The notes under the pieces are model-generated. The model had not been told where the DNA came from. It saw only the letters and a list, made by a program, of their open reading frames with translations, and searched no databases. 64,000 nt of DNA from Kineosporiaceae bacterium (GTDB lineage: Bacteria > Actinomycetota > Actinomycetes > Actinomycetales > Kineosporiaceae). The stretch spans positions 107,844-171,843 of the forward strand of contig JADJPO010000002.1 in the NCBI GenBank assembly GCA_016713225.1, given 5' to 3'. Below, in pieces: positions 53,915 to 63,129 of this stretch. The translations under genes and the position numbers were made by a program. Position 1 is the stretch's first letter; each line of letters begins with the position of its first letter.

Positions 53915-54796
53915 TCAGCGCATCAAGGCTGCGTGGACGGCGCGGGTGTGGTCGGGGGTGGAGCCGCAGCAGGCGCCGATCAGGTCGACGCCCTGTTCCC
54001 GCAGCCGGACGGCGTGCGCAGCCAGCACCGGGGGTGGTGCGGTGTACTCGAACCGGTCGCCGACCAGCTGGGGCAGGCCGGCATTGGACTGGGCGATCAG
54101 CAGCAATCCCTCGGGTCGAGCGGCGACCATCTCGGACATCACGGCCTCCATCTCACCGGGGCCGCGGCCACAGTTGCCCCCGACCGCGGCAACGCCGAGC
54201 GCCGCCAGAGCAGCGACGGCCTGGGCCGGGGTGACGCCCATCATGGTGCGGCCGTGGGTGTCGAAGGACAGCGTGGCCACCACCGGCAGCTCGGGAGCCA
54301 CCTGCTGTGCCGCGCGTACCGCGGCCTCGACCTCGGCGAGATCGCTCATGGTCTCGACCAGCACCAGGTCGATGCCGCCGGCCACCAACCCCTGCAGTTG
54401 CTCGACGAACAGATCCCGGGCCTGCTGCGGGGTCAGATCGCCCAGTGGTTCGAGCAGCTCACCGGTCGGCCCGAGATCACCGGCCACCAGCGCACCGAAG
54501 GTGTCGGCGGTCTGCCGGGCCAGCCGTGCCCCGGCCTCGCTCAGTTCGACCACCCGATCGCCGAGGCCGTGCATCGCCAGGCGTGGCCGGGTGCCACCGA
54601 ACGTGTTCGTGGTGATCACTCGGGCGCCGGCGCGCAGATACGCCTCGTGGATGCCACCGATGATGTCCGGCTGCTCGACGTTCCACAGCTCGGGGGCGCC
54701 GCCGTCGTCCAGCCCGGCGGCCTGGAGCATCGTGCCCATCGCGCCGTCGAACACCACGAAACCCTGTGTGCGGACCAGATCGGTGAGTGCGGTCAT
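53915..54796 (-). CDS. Homocysteine S-methyltransferase domain protein
   Basis: ATG 54796. It carries FDGAMGTML, ITTNTFG and the C-terminal zinc ligands GGNCG and GACCGSTPDH. Confidence 0.85.
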   Translation of the reverse strand: MTALTDLVRTQGFVVFDGAMGTMLQAAGLDDGGAPELWNVEQPDIIGGIHEAYLRAGARVITTNTFGGTRPRLAMHGLGDRVVELSEAGARLARQTADTFGALVAGDLGPTGELLEPLGDLTPQQARDLFVEQLQGLVAGGIDLVLVETMSDLAEVEAAVRAAQQVAPELPVVATLSFDTHGRTMMGVTPAQAVAALAALGVAAVGGNCGRGPGEMEAVMSEMVAARPEGLLLIAQSNAGLPQLVGDRFEYTAPPPVLAAHAVRLREQGVDLIGACCGSTPDHTRAVHAALMR

Positions 54797-54865
54797 GCCG
54801 CGACGGTATTCCGCAGGCGGGTACGAGTGCACACCGGGGTCCGCGGTTGTGCGAGCATCCGCCCC

Positions 54866-56581
54866 ATGACGGCGACCGAGCCAGCGAGCGGGCCAGCGAC
54901 CAACCCCGCGTCGGGCCGTTCGGCCGGGCAGGCGATCGTCGAGACCTTGGCGCGGCGCGGGGTCCGACGGTTCTACACGGTGCCCGGCGAGAGCTTCCTC
55001 GAGGTGCTGGACGCCGTCGAGCAGACCCCCGGACTGCAGTTGATCTCGACGCGACACGAGTCGGGGGCCGCGTTCATGGCCGAGGCCGAGGGCAAGCTGA
55101 CCGGCCGTCCGGCGGTGGCCATGGGCACCCGTGCGGTCGGCGCCTCGAACCTGATGATCGGGGTGCAGACCGCGTGGGAGGATTCCACGCCGATGATCGT
55201 GCTGTGCGGACAGGTCGAGTCGAATACTTTGGGCCGCAGGGCATTTCAGGAAGTGGACCTCCCCACGTTCTTCGGATCGGTCAGTGTGCACGGCGAGACC
55301 CTGCACGACCCGGCCCGCGCCGGTGAGGCGGCCGCCCGGGCGCACTGGGCGGCCACGACGGCGCGACCCGGACCGGCCGTGCTGGCGTTGCCGGCGGACA
55401 TCCTGGGTCGGCCCGCGCCCGACGGCGCCCGCGAGCTCGCTCCGGGACGGAGTGCCCCGGTGGGACCCGACCCGGCGGCCGCGGCCGAGATCGCCACCCT
55501 GTTGCGCGAGGCACGCCGTCCGGTGATGATCCTCGGCCAGGGGGCGCAGGGGGCCTGGGACGCCGTGCATGCGCTGGCCGAGCGCTACGGCCTCGGGGTG
55601 TACACCGCCTTCCGGCGGCAGGACACCTTCCGCAACGACCACCCGAACTACCTCGGTCACCTCACCCTGCGAACGGCACCCGAGCTGGTGCGTCCGCTGC
55701 AGCAGGCGGACGTGGTGCTCGCGCTCGGGACACGCTTGGGGGACACCACCTCTCAGGATTTCACGCTGCCCGCTCCCGGCGCCGCGGTGATCCATGTCGA
55801 CCTCGATCCGCGGGCGCTGCGGACGCCGGTCACGCTGGCCTGGAGCGTGCGCGCCGACGTCGAGGCCTGTGCTCGGGCGCTGCTCGAGCTGCCGGTGGCG
55901 TCACCCCGGGACTGGTCGGCCGAGCACGGCGTCTACCTGACCGGTTCGACGGTGCCCGACCTCGCCGCGTCGTCGTCCGGCGGTGTGCACCCGGCAGCGG
56001 TGATCGCCGCGCTGGCGCGCCACCTGCCGGCCGACACCATCGTGACCAACGACGCCGGCAACTTCTCGGTCTTCGCGCACCGGTACTGGCGGTTCACCCA
56101 CCCACGCAGCCAACTCGGGCCGATCTCCGGGGCGATGGGGTACGGACTGCCCGCGGCCATCGGCGCCGGGTTGGCCGAGCCGGGCCGGCCGGTGGTGGCG
56201 CTCGCTGGTGACGGTGGCTTCCTGATGACCGCGGTCGAGCTGGAGACCGCTGTGCGCCACGGGGTTCCGGTGCTCTGCGTGGTCTTCGTGAACCGGTCGT
56301 ACGCCACGATTGCGATGCATCAGGCGCGGCGGTTCGCCCGCACCGCGGGCACCGACATCGGTGCGGTGGACATCGCCGGATTGGCCCGGGCGCTGGGCGC
56401 CGACGGGCTGGACGTCACGGCCGCCGACCAGCTGGACGACGCGCTGGCCGTGGCCGCCCGGTTCGACCGGCCGCGCGTCATCGCGGTGCACACCGATCCC
56501 GACGTACTGGTGCCAGGGGTGTCGATGTCATCCCTGGTGCGTGGTGCGCCGAGTCGTTCACCGGGGCAGCAACGGCCCTAG
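54866..56581 (+). CDS. Thiamine-pyrophosphate-dependent enzyme (acetolactate synthase large-subunit-like)
   Basis: ATG 54866. It has an N-terminal TPP pyrimidine-binding domain (YTVPGESFLEVLDA, HESGAAFMAEA) and the C-terminal GDGGFLMT motif. Confidence 0.85.
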   Translation: MTATEPASGPATNPASGRSAGQAIVETLARRGVRRFYTVPGESFLEVLDAVEQTPGLQLISTRHESGAAFMAEAEGKLTGRPAVAMGTRAVGASNLMIGVQTAWEDSTPMIVLCGQVESNTLGRRAFQEVDLPTFFGSVSVHGETLHDPARAGEAAARAHWAATTARPGPAVLALPADILGRPAPDGARELAPGRSAPVGPDPAAAAEIATLLREARRPVMILGQGAQGAWDAVHALAERYGLGVYTAFRRQDTFRNDHPNYLGHLTLRTAPELVRPLQQADVVLALGTRLGDTTSQDFTLPAPGAAVIHVDLDPRALRTPVTLAWSVRADVEACARALLELPVASPRDWSAEHGVYLTGSTVPDLAASSSGGVHPAAVIAALARHLPADTIVTNDAGNFSVFAHRYWRFTHPRSQLGPISGAMGYGLPAAIGAGLAEPGRPVVALAGDGGFLMTAVELETAVRHGVPVLCVVFVNRSYATIAMHQARRFARTAGTDIGAVDIAGLARALGADGLDVTAADQLDDALAVAARFDRPRVIAVHTDPDVLVPGVSMSSLVRGAPSRSPGQQRP

Positions 56582-57213
56582 GAGTTCGCCTGCCGGGCAC
56601 GGGCGCGAGCGAGAGCCTCCTCGAGCATGACCAGGATCGCGTCGCGCACCGACAGGAAGCTGCGCGCATCGAGTTCGACGATCGGCACCGCCGGCCCGAT
56701 CGCCAGGGCCCATCGGATGGTCTCGGGATCGTGCTGGACCTGCCCGTCGAACCGGTTCACCCCGACCACGAACGGCAGACCCGCCTTCTCGAAGTAGTCG
56801 ACGGCGGCGTAACACTCGTCGAGCCGCCGGTCATCCACCAGCACCAACGCTCCCAGGGCACCGTTCGCCAGGTCGTTCCACATGAAGCCGAACCGGTCCT
56901 GGCCGGGGGTGCCGAAGACGTAGAGCTTGATGCTCTGGTCGATCGTGATCCGTCCGAAGTCCATCGCCACGGTGGTGGTGGTCTTCGTGGGCACCAGTTC
57001 GTTGTTGTCGACCCCGGCGGCCACGGAGGTCATCTCGGCCTCGGTGGTGAGCGGGGCGATCTCGGAGATCGTCGTCACCACCGTCGTCTTGCCCACGCCG
57101 AAGCCACCGGCGACGAGGATCTTCACCGGAACCGGCGGGCGACCGCGGGTCACCGTCGCGGCCCGCCCGTCGCCCGCCTGCGCGGCGGGCTCAGGTGCGC
57201 TGTCGTAGGCCAT
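56578..57213 (-). CDS. Conservon GTPase (CvnD-type, Ras/MglA-like ATP/GTP-binding protein)
   Basis: It has the P-loop AGGFGVGKTT and the FGTPGQDRF switch II pattern. It is the last gene of a four-gene conservon. Confidence 0.85.
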   Translation of the reverse strand: MAYDSAPEPAAQAGDGRAATVTRGRPPVPVKILVAGGFGVGKTTVVTTISEIAPLTTEAEMTSVAAGVDNNELVPTKTTTTVAMDFGRITIDQSIKLYVFGTPGQDRFGFMWNDLANGALGALVLVDDRRLDECYAAVDYFEKAGLPFVVGVNRFDGQVQHDPETIRWALAIGPAVPIVELDARSFLSVRDAILVMLEEALARARARQANS

Positions 57214-57622
57214 CGATGACTCGCATGATCGTCTCCACATCGTCGGCGGCGTCCCCGTCGGGGACCTCGGTCGACACCATTCCCTGTTGGGTCAGGTCCG
57301 AGATGAGCACCCGGGCGACGCCCAGGTGCAGGTCGAGCATGGCCGCGACCTCGGCCACGGCGAGTGGCTGCTCGCAGGCCAGCACGATGTCGCGGTACTC
57401 GAGCGACAGGCTGGACACCGCGCGCCGACCGGCAGGAGTTGCGGCCACCTGGGTCTCGACGGCGATCGAGGCGTCGGCAGCCGTACGGCCCCGGGTGAGC
57501 AGGAAGGGCCGGACGGCGTTCGCGGGCTCGGGCAGGTCGAGCGGGTCGCGCTCGTTCCCCGGGCCGACCAGGAACGGCCTGATCATGCCGGCGTCCCCGG
57601 GCGTCGTCGGATCGTCGCCCAT
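57191..57622 (-). CDS. DUF742 protein (CvnC-type)
   Basis: ATG 57622 overlaps the roadblock stop. VRPFLLTRGRT and the wHTH-like LAVAEVAAMLDLHLGVARVLISDL are typical of DUF742. Confidence 0.8.
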   Translation of the reverse strand: MGDDPTTPGDAGMIRPFLVGPGNERDPLDLPEPANAVRPFLLTRGRTAADASIAVETQVAATPAGRRAVSSLSLEYRDIVLACEQPLAVAEVAAMLDLHLGVARVLISDLTQQGMVSTEVPDGDAADDVETIMRVIDGLRQRT

Positions 57623-58053
57623 CAGTTCACCGAGTTCTTCAACTCGTTGATCAGGCGCGGGTTCAGGGTTCCGTTGATCCGATTGATGAACACGGCCATC
57701 TCGTAGGCGACCGTCGCCAGCGAGGCGTTGGTGTCCGCCACGGCACCGAGCAGAGCGCCCGCGCCCATGGCCATCACCACCAGGAAACCGCCCTCGGCGT
57801 CGATGATCACCTTGTTCAGCGCGCCGAGCCCGTAGCTCGTCCCTGCCCCTGCGGCCAGGCTTGCCATGCCCGACACGATCGCCGAGAGCCGGTCGCTGGT
57901 GGCCCGATCGGCATCCTCGGCCGTCGCCATCAACAGACCGTCCGACGAGACGGCGATGACGTCGACCACTCCCGCTGTCTCGCGGGCGAACTTCGCCAGG
58001 AGCCAGGTGAAGTCCTGTGCCGACTCGCTCAGCGTGGTTGTGGCATCGGTCAT
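57622..58053 (-). CDS. Roadblock/LC7 domain protein (CvnB-type)
   Basis: 143 aa. FTWLLAKFARETAGVVDVIAVSSDGLLMA follows the roadblock pattern. Confidence 0.85.
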   Translation of the reverse strand: MTDATTTLSESAQDFTWLLAKFARETAGVVDVIAVSSDGLLMATAEDADRATSDRLSAIVSGMASLAAGAGTSYGLGALNKVIIDAEGGFLVVMAMGAGALLGAVADTNASLATVAYEMAVFINRINGTLNPRLINELKNSVN

Positions 58054-60743
58054 GATGACCCTCCGTCTGCGCCTGTTGTGGGGTGGGGTTCGGCGTTCGG
58101 CTCGAGTTCGGCGAGCGCACGCCCCGGTATACGTCGCGGCGGCAGGATGCCGTCCGGTTGGGGTGGGGCGGGAGTGGCCTCGATGGTCTCGCTGTCGATC
58201 GGATCGAGGACGTGGGAGCCCGATCGCAGTTCGTCGGCCAGGGCGCTCATCGCCTCGCGCTGTTCGTCTCGGCGACCGGTGGCCTCGCGCAGCGCCGACT
58301 CGGCGGCCTCGGCCGCACGCCGCTCCTCGGCGGGGGAGACCTGAGGCAGGCCGTGCCCGGCCAGGTCGATGGCTGCCCCGACCTGGTCCAGATCCGAGCG
58401 CAGCGACTCGGGGTCGTGCACCACGGGGGTGCCTGCGCCCTGACGCGGTGTGGCGTCAGAACCCAGCGCCTGCAGCGCGGAGCCACGCACCCGCCTGGTG
58501 ATCCCGGCCCGGGCGTCCGGCGGGGGCGGCGGTGCCGAGGCCGCGGGAGCCTCGGCCGCCCGCGCGATCGCCTGTTCCAGGTCGTCGACCTGGCGGCGGG
58601 CGCGCTCGGGGTCGGCCACGGGAACGACGAGCTTCGGCTCCGGCCGTTGGTTGCGTTCTGCCGTGGGCAGCTGAGCGCCAGGCACCCGGCGGCGGATGCT
58701 CGGAACCGAGTCGGCGTCCTCACGGGGCGTCACCTCGCCGGAGCCTGCCGGCAGCGAGACCGGCGTGGAGGCCGCTGGGCCGGCCGGCTGGGCCGTCGGG
58801 GCAGGCGCCGAGGGCGCGGTACGGGGCGGTGCGGGGTGCCGCGCCGGCGCGGCGGGGGCTGCACCCGTGGGAGAGTCTGCCAGCGGCAGCAGGAGCGAGG
58901 CCGGCAGGTCGATGCGTGCCGTGATCCCGCGATCCGGATTCGGCTCGAGTCGAACGTCGATCTCGTGACGCCGGGCGATCCGCCCGACCACGAACAGCCC
59001 GAGGACGTGGCTCGGTGCCAGGTCCAGGCGCTCACGGCGCCGCAGCCGCTCGTTCTCCTGCAGCAACCGGTCGGTGGGCATGCCCAGGCCGAGGTCGATC
59101 ACCGCCAGGTGACAGGCGCCGTGCTCGTCCAGTTCACCGGTCACGCGTACCGAGGTCGATGGCGGCGAGAAGAGCACGGCGTTCTCGAGGACCTCGGCGA
59201 ACATCAGCAGCAGGTCACCCAGCGCGCCGGGGGCGATTCCCACGTTCGGCAGCCGGTCGACCTCCACCCGGGTGTAGTCCTCGACCGATCCGAGCGATCC
59301 GCGAATCGCGTCCACCAGGGCCAAGGGGCGCCCGCCACCGGCTGACTCGGAACCACCGGAGAGCACCACGAGGCTGGTCGCGTTGCGCCGCAGCCGGGTG
59401 GAGAGGTGGTCGAGCTGGTACAGGGTGGCGAGGGTGGCGTTGTCCTCCTCGCGACGTTCCAGGGAGTCGATCAGGGCGAGCTGGCGTCCGACCAGGTTGG
59501 TGGTGCGCCGTCCGATGCTGGCGAACATCGCCGCCACGTTGCGGCGACTGACCACCTGTCGCTCCAGGAGTCGCGAGGCCGTCGTCTGAACTCGGTTGTA
59601 TGCCTGGGCCAGCTCGCCGATCTCGTCCTGGGTGCTGACGCCGATCTCGGCCAGCCGTGGCAGGGCGTCGTCCAGGGAATCCTCGTCGCTGACTCGCTGC
59701 AGCTCGGCCTCGGCGAGGTCGGCGACCCGCCCCGCGGCGTGGGTGAGCCGTCGCAGAGGGCGTGAGACCGAGCGGCCGATGAGCACCGAGAGAGCCAACA
59801 CCGCGAGCATCACCAGCGCCGAGATCACGGTCACCGCGAGCGCGGTCAGGCGCGCCTGGCGTGCCTGTGCCTGCGTGGCCACCGCGACGCTCTGCGAGAT
59901 CTCACCCTGGGCCAGCTGGCGCAAGCCGGTCTGGGACTGGACCGCGGCGAACATCTCGACCGTGAGGTCGCCCGTGTCGGCGTCTTCGCTCAGCAGCGAC
60001 ACCTGCCGGGTACCGGCAGCGATCTTGGCCGAGGCGAGACTCTTGGCCGCTCGGTCGAACACCTCGGTGGCGCGTGGGGTGGCCACTTGCCGGAATTGCG
60101 CGCCCGCCTCCGTCGCGCGAGCGGTGAAGTCGATCGCCGAGCTCAGCAGGGTCTGTCGTCGCGTTGCGTCGGCCGAGGTGGCCGCCAGGAGCAACGCCCC
60201 GGCCCGGCTGGTCGCCTCGTTGGAGCGCAGGAGGGCGTCCAGGGAGGTGAGTGCCCAGGCATCCTCGGAGTTCTCGGTGATCTGGCGGGGCAGGCCGACA
60301 GCAGCGACCAGCCGGTCGACCACGGCACCGAAGGCGGCGATGACCGAATCGGGTGCCAGCGTGCCGGCGACCAGTCGGGGGCCGGTGTCGATCACCAACC
60401 TGTCCACCCCCGTGAGGGCGGCCCGCAACTCGGCGGCGTGTGCGCCGGTCGGCTGGATCTGCGATCCCAGCTCTCGTACCAACTGCAGCTGGACGACCAG
60501 ATCGTTGGGGGCGACGGCCGGGGAGCCCTTGCGCGCCACGGCCAAGAGCCGAGCCTGCTGCAGCTCCTCCACGAGGATGGCGATCTGCCGACCGGTGCGG
60601 GCGACGGCCTCGGTGGTGGCGGAGGTCCGGGCCGCGGAGAGCCGCCCCGAGAGCAACGGGATGTAGAGCAGGACGACGACCAGCAACGGGATGACGACGA
60701 GCAGGTTCAGCTTCGCGCCCACCCGAAGTCGACCGAGGATCAT
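58050..60743 (-). CDS. Conservon sensor histidine-kinase-like protein (CvnA-type: N-terminal TM + extracytoplasmic sensor, HAMP, HATPase, long Pro/Ala-rich tail)
   Basis: 897 aa. It has HAMP-like SVSRPLRRLTHAAGRVADL and an ATPase region (VLENAVLFSP, DLGLGM). Start and stop overlap the neighbouring genes. Confidence 0.85.
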   Translation of the reverse strand: MILGRLRVGAKLNLLVVIPLLVVVLLYIPLLSGRLSAARTSATTEAVARTGRQIAILVEELQQARLLAVARKGSPAVAPNDLVVQLQLVRELGSQIQPTGAHAAELRAALTGVDRLVIDTGPRLVAGTLAPDSVIAAFGAVVDRLVAAVGLPRQITENSEDAWALTSLDALLRSNEATSRAGALLLAATSADATRRQTLLSSAIDFTARATEAGAQFRQVATPRATEVFDRAAKSLASAKIAAGTRQVSLLSEDADTGDLTVEMFAAVQSQTGLRQLAQGEISQSVAVATQAQARQARLTALAVTVISALVMLAVLALSVLIGRSVSRPLRRLTHAAGRVADLAEAELQRVSDEDSLDDALPRLAEIGVSTQDEIGELAQAYNRVQTTASRLLERQVVSRRNVAAMFASIGRRTTNLVGRQLALIDSLERREEDNATLATLYQLDHLSTRLRRNATSLVVLSGGSESAGGGRPLALVDAIRGSLGSVEDYTRVEVDRLPNVGIAPGALGDLLLMFAEVLENAVLFSPPSTSVRVTGELDEHGACHLAVIDLGLGMPTDRLLQENERLRRRERLDLAPSHVLGLFVVGRIARRHEIDVRLEPNPDRGITARIDLPASLLLPLADSPTGAAPAAPARHPAPPRTAPSAPAPTAQPAGPAASTPVSLPAGSGEVTPREDADSVPSIRRRVPGAQLPTAERNQRPEPKLVVPVADPERARRQVDDLEQAIARAAEAPAASAPPPPPDARAGITRRVRGSALQALGSDATPRQGAGTPVVHDPESLRSDLDQVGAAIDLAGHGLPQVSPAEERRAAEAAESALREATGRRDEQREAMSALADELRSGSHVLDPIDSETIEATPAPPQPDGILPPRRIPGRALAELEPNAEPHPTTGADGGSS

Positions 60744-61870
60744 CGGTCGTTCCCGGCGGCGCCGGCGCCGATCAGGTCGCCGTCGGACGACAGTTCACGA
60801 GCAGGGGCGCCCGGAGCCCTGGCGGGGGCCACGCGGGTGGTCGTCCAGGCCCACACCCCGGCCAGCCCCAGGGCCAGGAGCAGCCCGACTGCCGAGACCC
60901 AGACCACGAACCGTCGTTGTCCCTCGATCCGGTCTGAGCGCGCCACCAGCAGAGCGTCCAACTCGGTCAGCGCCGAGGCCTCGAACGCCAGCGCAGCGTC
61001 GCGCACCGTGCCCCAGCCCCTGAGCAGGTCCGCGCCGGGCCGCTGACCGGTCGCTGCGCCGACCTCGGTGCTGGGCGGGGCGAAGTCCGTGACGGCGTCA
61101 CGTAGCTTGTCGAGGTCGCTGAGCAGGCCGGCCCCGAGGGTGCGGCTCTGAGTGATACCGAAGCTCTTGCGCAGGCCGTCGTCCACCGCGGTGATGTCGG
61201 ATCGGACCTTGGTGAGGGCAACCGCCGCAGCCAGTTGGTCGGCGTCGCTCTGGTCGGAGCCGGCGGCTTCGGATCGGGCGAGCGCGGCCAGGCCGGTCGC
61301 GTGTGCCGAGTCGACGAGGATCGCAGGGATCCGCAGCAGGGTCGCGTCCATGACGTAGTACGCATCGAGCTCGGGATCGAGGATCAGGTTCGAGCTGTCC
61401 CCGACACGGGCGATGAGAGCGACCTCGAGGTCGACGACCACCGAGTAGGCCCTCAGCGCGGCTCGGCCGCGAGCGTTGCCGGCGGTCAGGGTGTCGAGCC
61501 TGGCCTTCAGGTCCGTCCATCGCACGGTCGTGCCCAACGTCGCCCCCACGCGGTCGTCGACACCGTCGACATCCTTCAGCGCGGCCCTCACGGCGTCGGC
61601 GTCCACAGCAGTGCCCGCGACCGCCGCGTTCTGCGCGTCCAGTGTCGTGCTGAGCAATCGGACCAGCGGGCGGAGATAGCGCACGCCGTCCCGCTCGCGC
61701 GCGTCGAACGTGAGGTCTGAACCCGTGCTCTGCCAGAGCGTGGTCAGGGACAGCCCCAACGGTACGAGCAACAGCAGGATTGTCCCCACGGCCGCCCAGC
61801 GGCCGAGTCTGGTGTGCACGCCACGGGGGCCGCTGACGGTCCGATCGACCACGGTGGTCCTTTCGCTCAC
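60740..61870 (-). CDS. Hypothetical two-TM protein with large extracytoplasmic helical domain, translationally coupled to the conservon kinase
   Basis: 376 aa. TM helices lie near residues 25-45 and 320-345. Its stop overlaps the cvnA-type start (ATGA). Confidence 0.6.
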   Translation of the reverse strand: MSERTTVVDRTVSGPRGVHTRLGRWAAVGTILLLLVPLGLSLTTLWQSTGSDLTFDARERDGVRYLRPLVRLLSTTLDAQNAAVAGTAVDADAVRAALKDVDGVDDRVGATLGTTVRWTDLKARLDTLTAGNARGRAALRAYSVVVDLEVALIARVGDSSNLILDPELDAYYVMDATLLRIPAILVDSAHATGLAALARSEAAGSDQSDADQLAAAVALTKVRSDITAVDDGLRKSFGITQSRTLGAGLLSDLDKLRDAVTDFAPPSTEVGAATGQRPGADLLRGWGTVRDAALAFEASALTELDALLVARSDRIEGQRRFVVWVSAVGLLLALGLAGVWAWTTTRVAPARAPGAPARELSSDGDLIGAGAAGNDR

Positions 61871-62095
61871 GACCGAGGTGGGCTCGCAGGAGTCGGACGG
61901 TGATCACCGTCGGTGACGGCTCCTCGGGTCCGGCCCCCGTCGCGTGTCACGTCGATCACGCTGGACGATGTGCCTCGGCGTAATGTATGTAGTCAGGTCC
62001 ACCACGTTCTGTCCGGTGCTTGGTCAAAATTTGGATCAAAAGTTCGATCTTCATCACGCACGGTAGTTGTTCGATTGCGGATGGATGATCGTGGA

Positions 62096-62905
62096 TCACA
62101 CGTCGTGACCTTCGCCGGCCCTCGAGGTGGTCGAGCGGCCGACCGCCACCGCGGCCGCCAGGATCGCGACCGCGGCGATCAGCGCGGTCACGGCGGTGAC
62201 GGTCGACCGGGGCGCATCGCCGGTGCGGCCGATCGCGATCCAGGTCAGGCCCCAGGCCATGGCGGCGGCCACCGCCCAGCGCGCACCGACCGAGCGCATC
62301 AGCAGCACCCCGACGCCGCCGGCCACGGCCAGCACCACCACGGCGATGGCGGCACCGACGCCCGCCGAGGCGTCGACGCCCGAGGCCACCAGCGTGGCCG
62401 TGATGTTGGCGCACGTGGCGACGGCCACCCACCCCAGGTACAGCCCGAAGGTGGCGTCCACGACCAGCCGTTCGAGGCCGGAGGCCGAGGTCGCGGCTGC
62501 GTCGAGTGCGGCCAGCCGGCGTCCGATCACGGTCAGCACCGCCAGCAGGGCCACGATCACGCCGACGCTGACCCACAGCCACCCCTGCTGGGTCACCAGC
62601 AGCCACCCGGCATTGAGCACCATCGACGCCGCCGCCAGCCACCCCGTCGTCCGGGCTCGGGTGCTGGTCAGGGTCGAGGGCAGGGCCTGCCAGACGGTGT
62701 ACCCGAGCAGTCCGAGGTAGATCACCGACCAGATCGAGAAGGCGGGGCCCGCCGGGGCCAGCAGCGTGGCGTCCGCGGCGAGGGCTCCGCCGGAGGCCTC
62801 CTGCACCCGGGTGCCCAGCACCCCCACTCCCACGAGAGTGCCGATGACGCAGAACACTTCGGCGATCACCACGGTGACCCTGCGGGCGTGATCCATACCG
62901 GCCAT
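62096..62905 (-). CDS. TspO/MBR-related tryptophan-rich membrane protein
   Basis: 269-aa multi-pass protein. FSIWSVIYLGLLGYTVWQ and GWLLVTQQGWLW resemble the actinobacterial TspO-like family. Confidence 0.55.
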   Translation of the reverse strand: MAGMDHARRVTVVIAEVFCVIGTLVGVGVLGTRVQEASGGALAADATLLAPAGPAFSIWSVIYLGLLGYTVWQALPSTLTSTRARTTGWLAAASMVLNAGWLLVTQQGWLWVSVGVIVALLAVLTVIGRRLAALDAAATSASGLERLVVDATFGLYLGWVAVATCANITATLVASGVDASAGVGAAIAVVVLAVAGGVGVLLMRSVGARWAVAAAMAWGLTWIAIGRTGDAPRSTVTAVTALIAAVAILAAAVAVGRSTTSRAGEGHDV

Positions 62906-63129
62906 CTGATCAGCTCGTCGCGCCGTCGGCCACCCGGAGTGATCGGCGACGGCGGCCGAGGTCCGTTCGGACGACGCTGCGCCATCCGGGTGAGGTGGAA
63001 CGCCTCCGTTGGAGTGATCTCGGGTGTCCGCGTCGAGGTCACCGGTATCGGCGCCCGATGACCTTCCTTGGTATCGCGTTGACGTCGTGTTGGTGGGCCC
63101 GTGGCCCTCACGAGGAAACGAGTGTGTCG

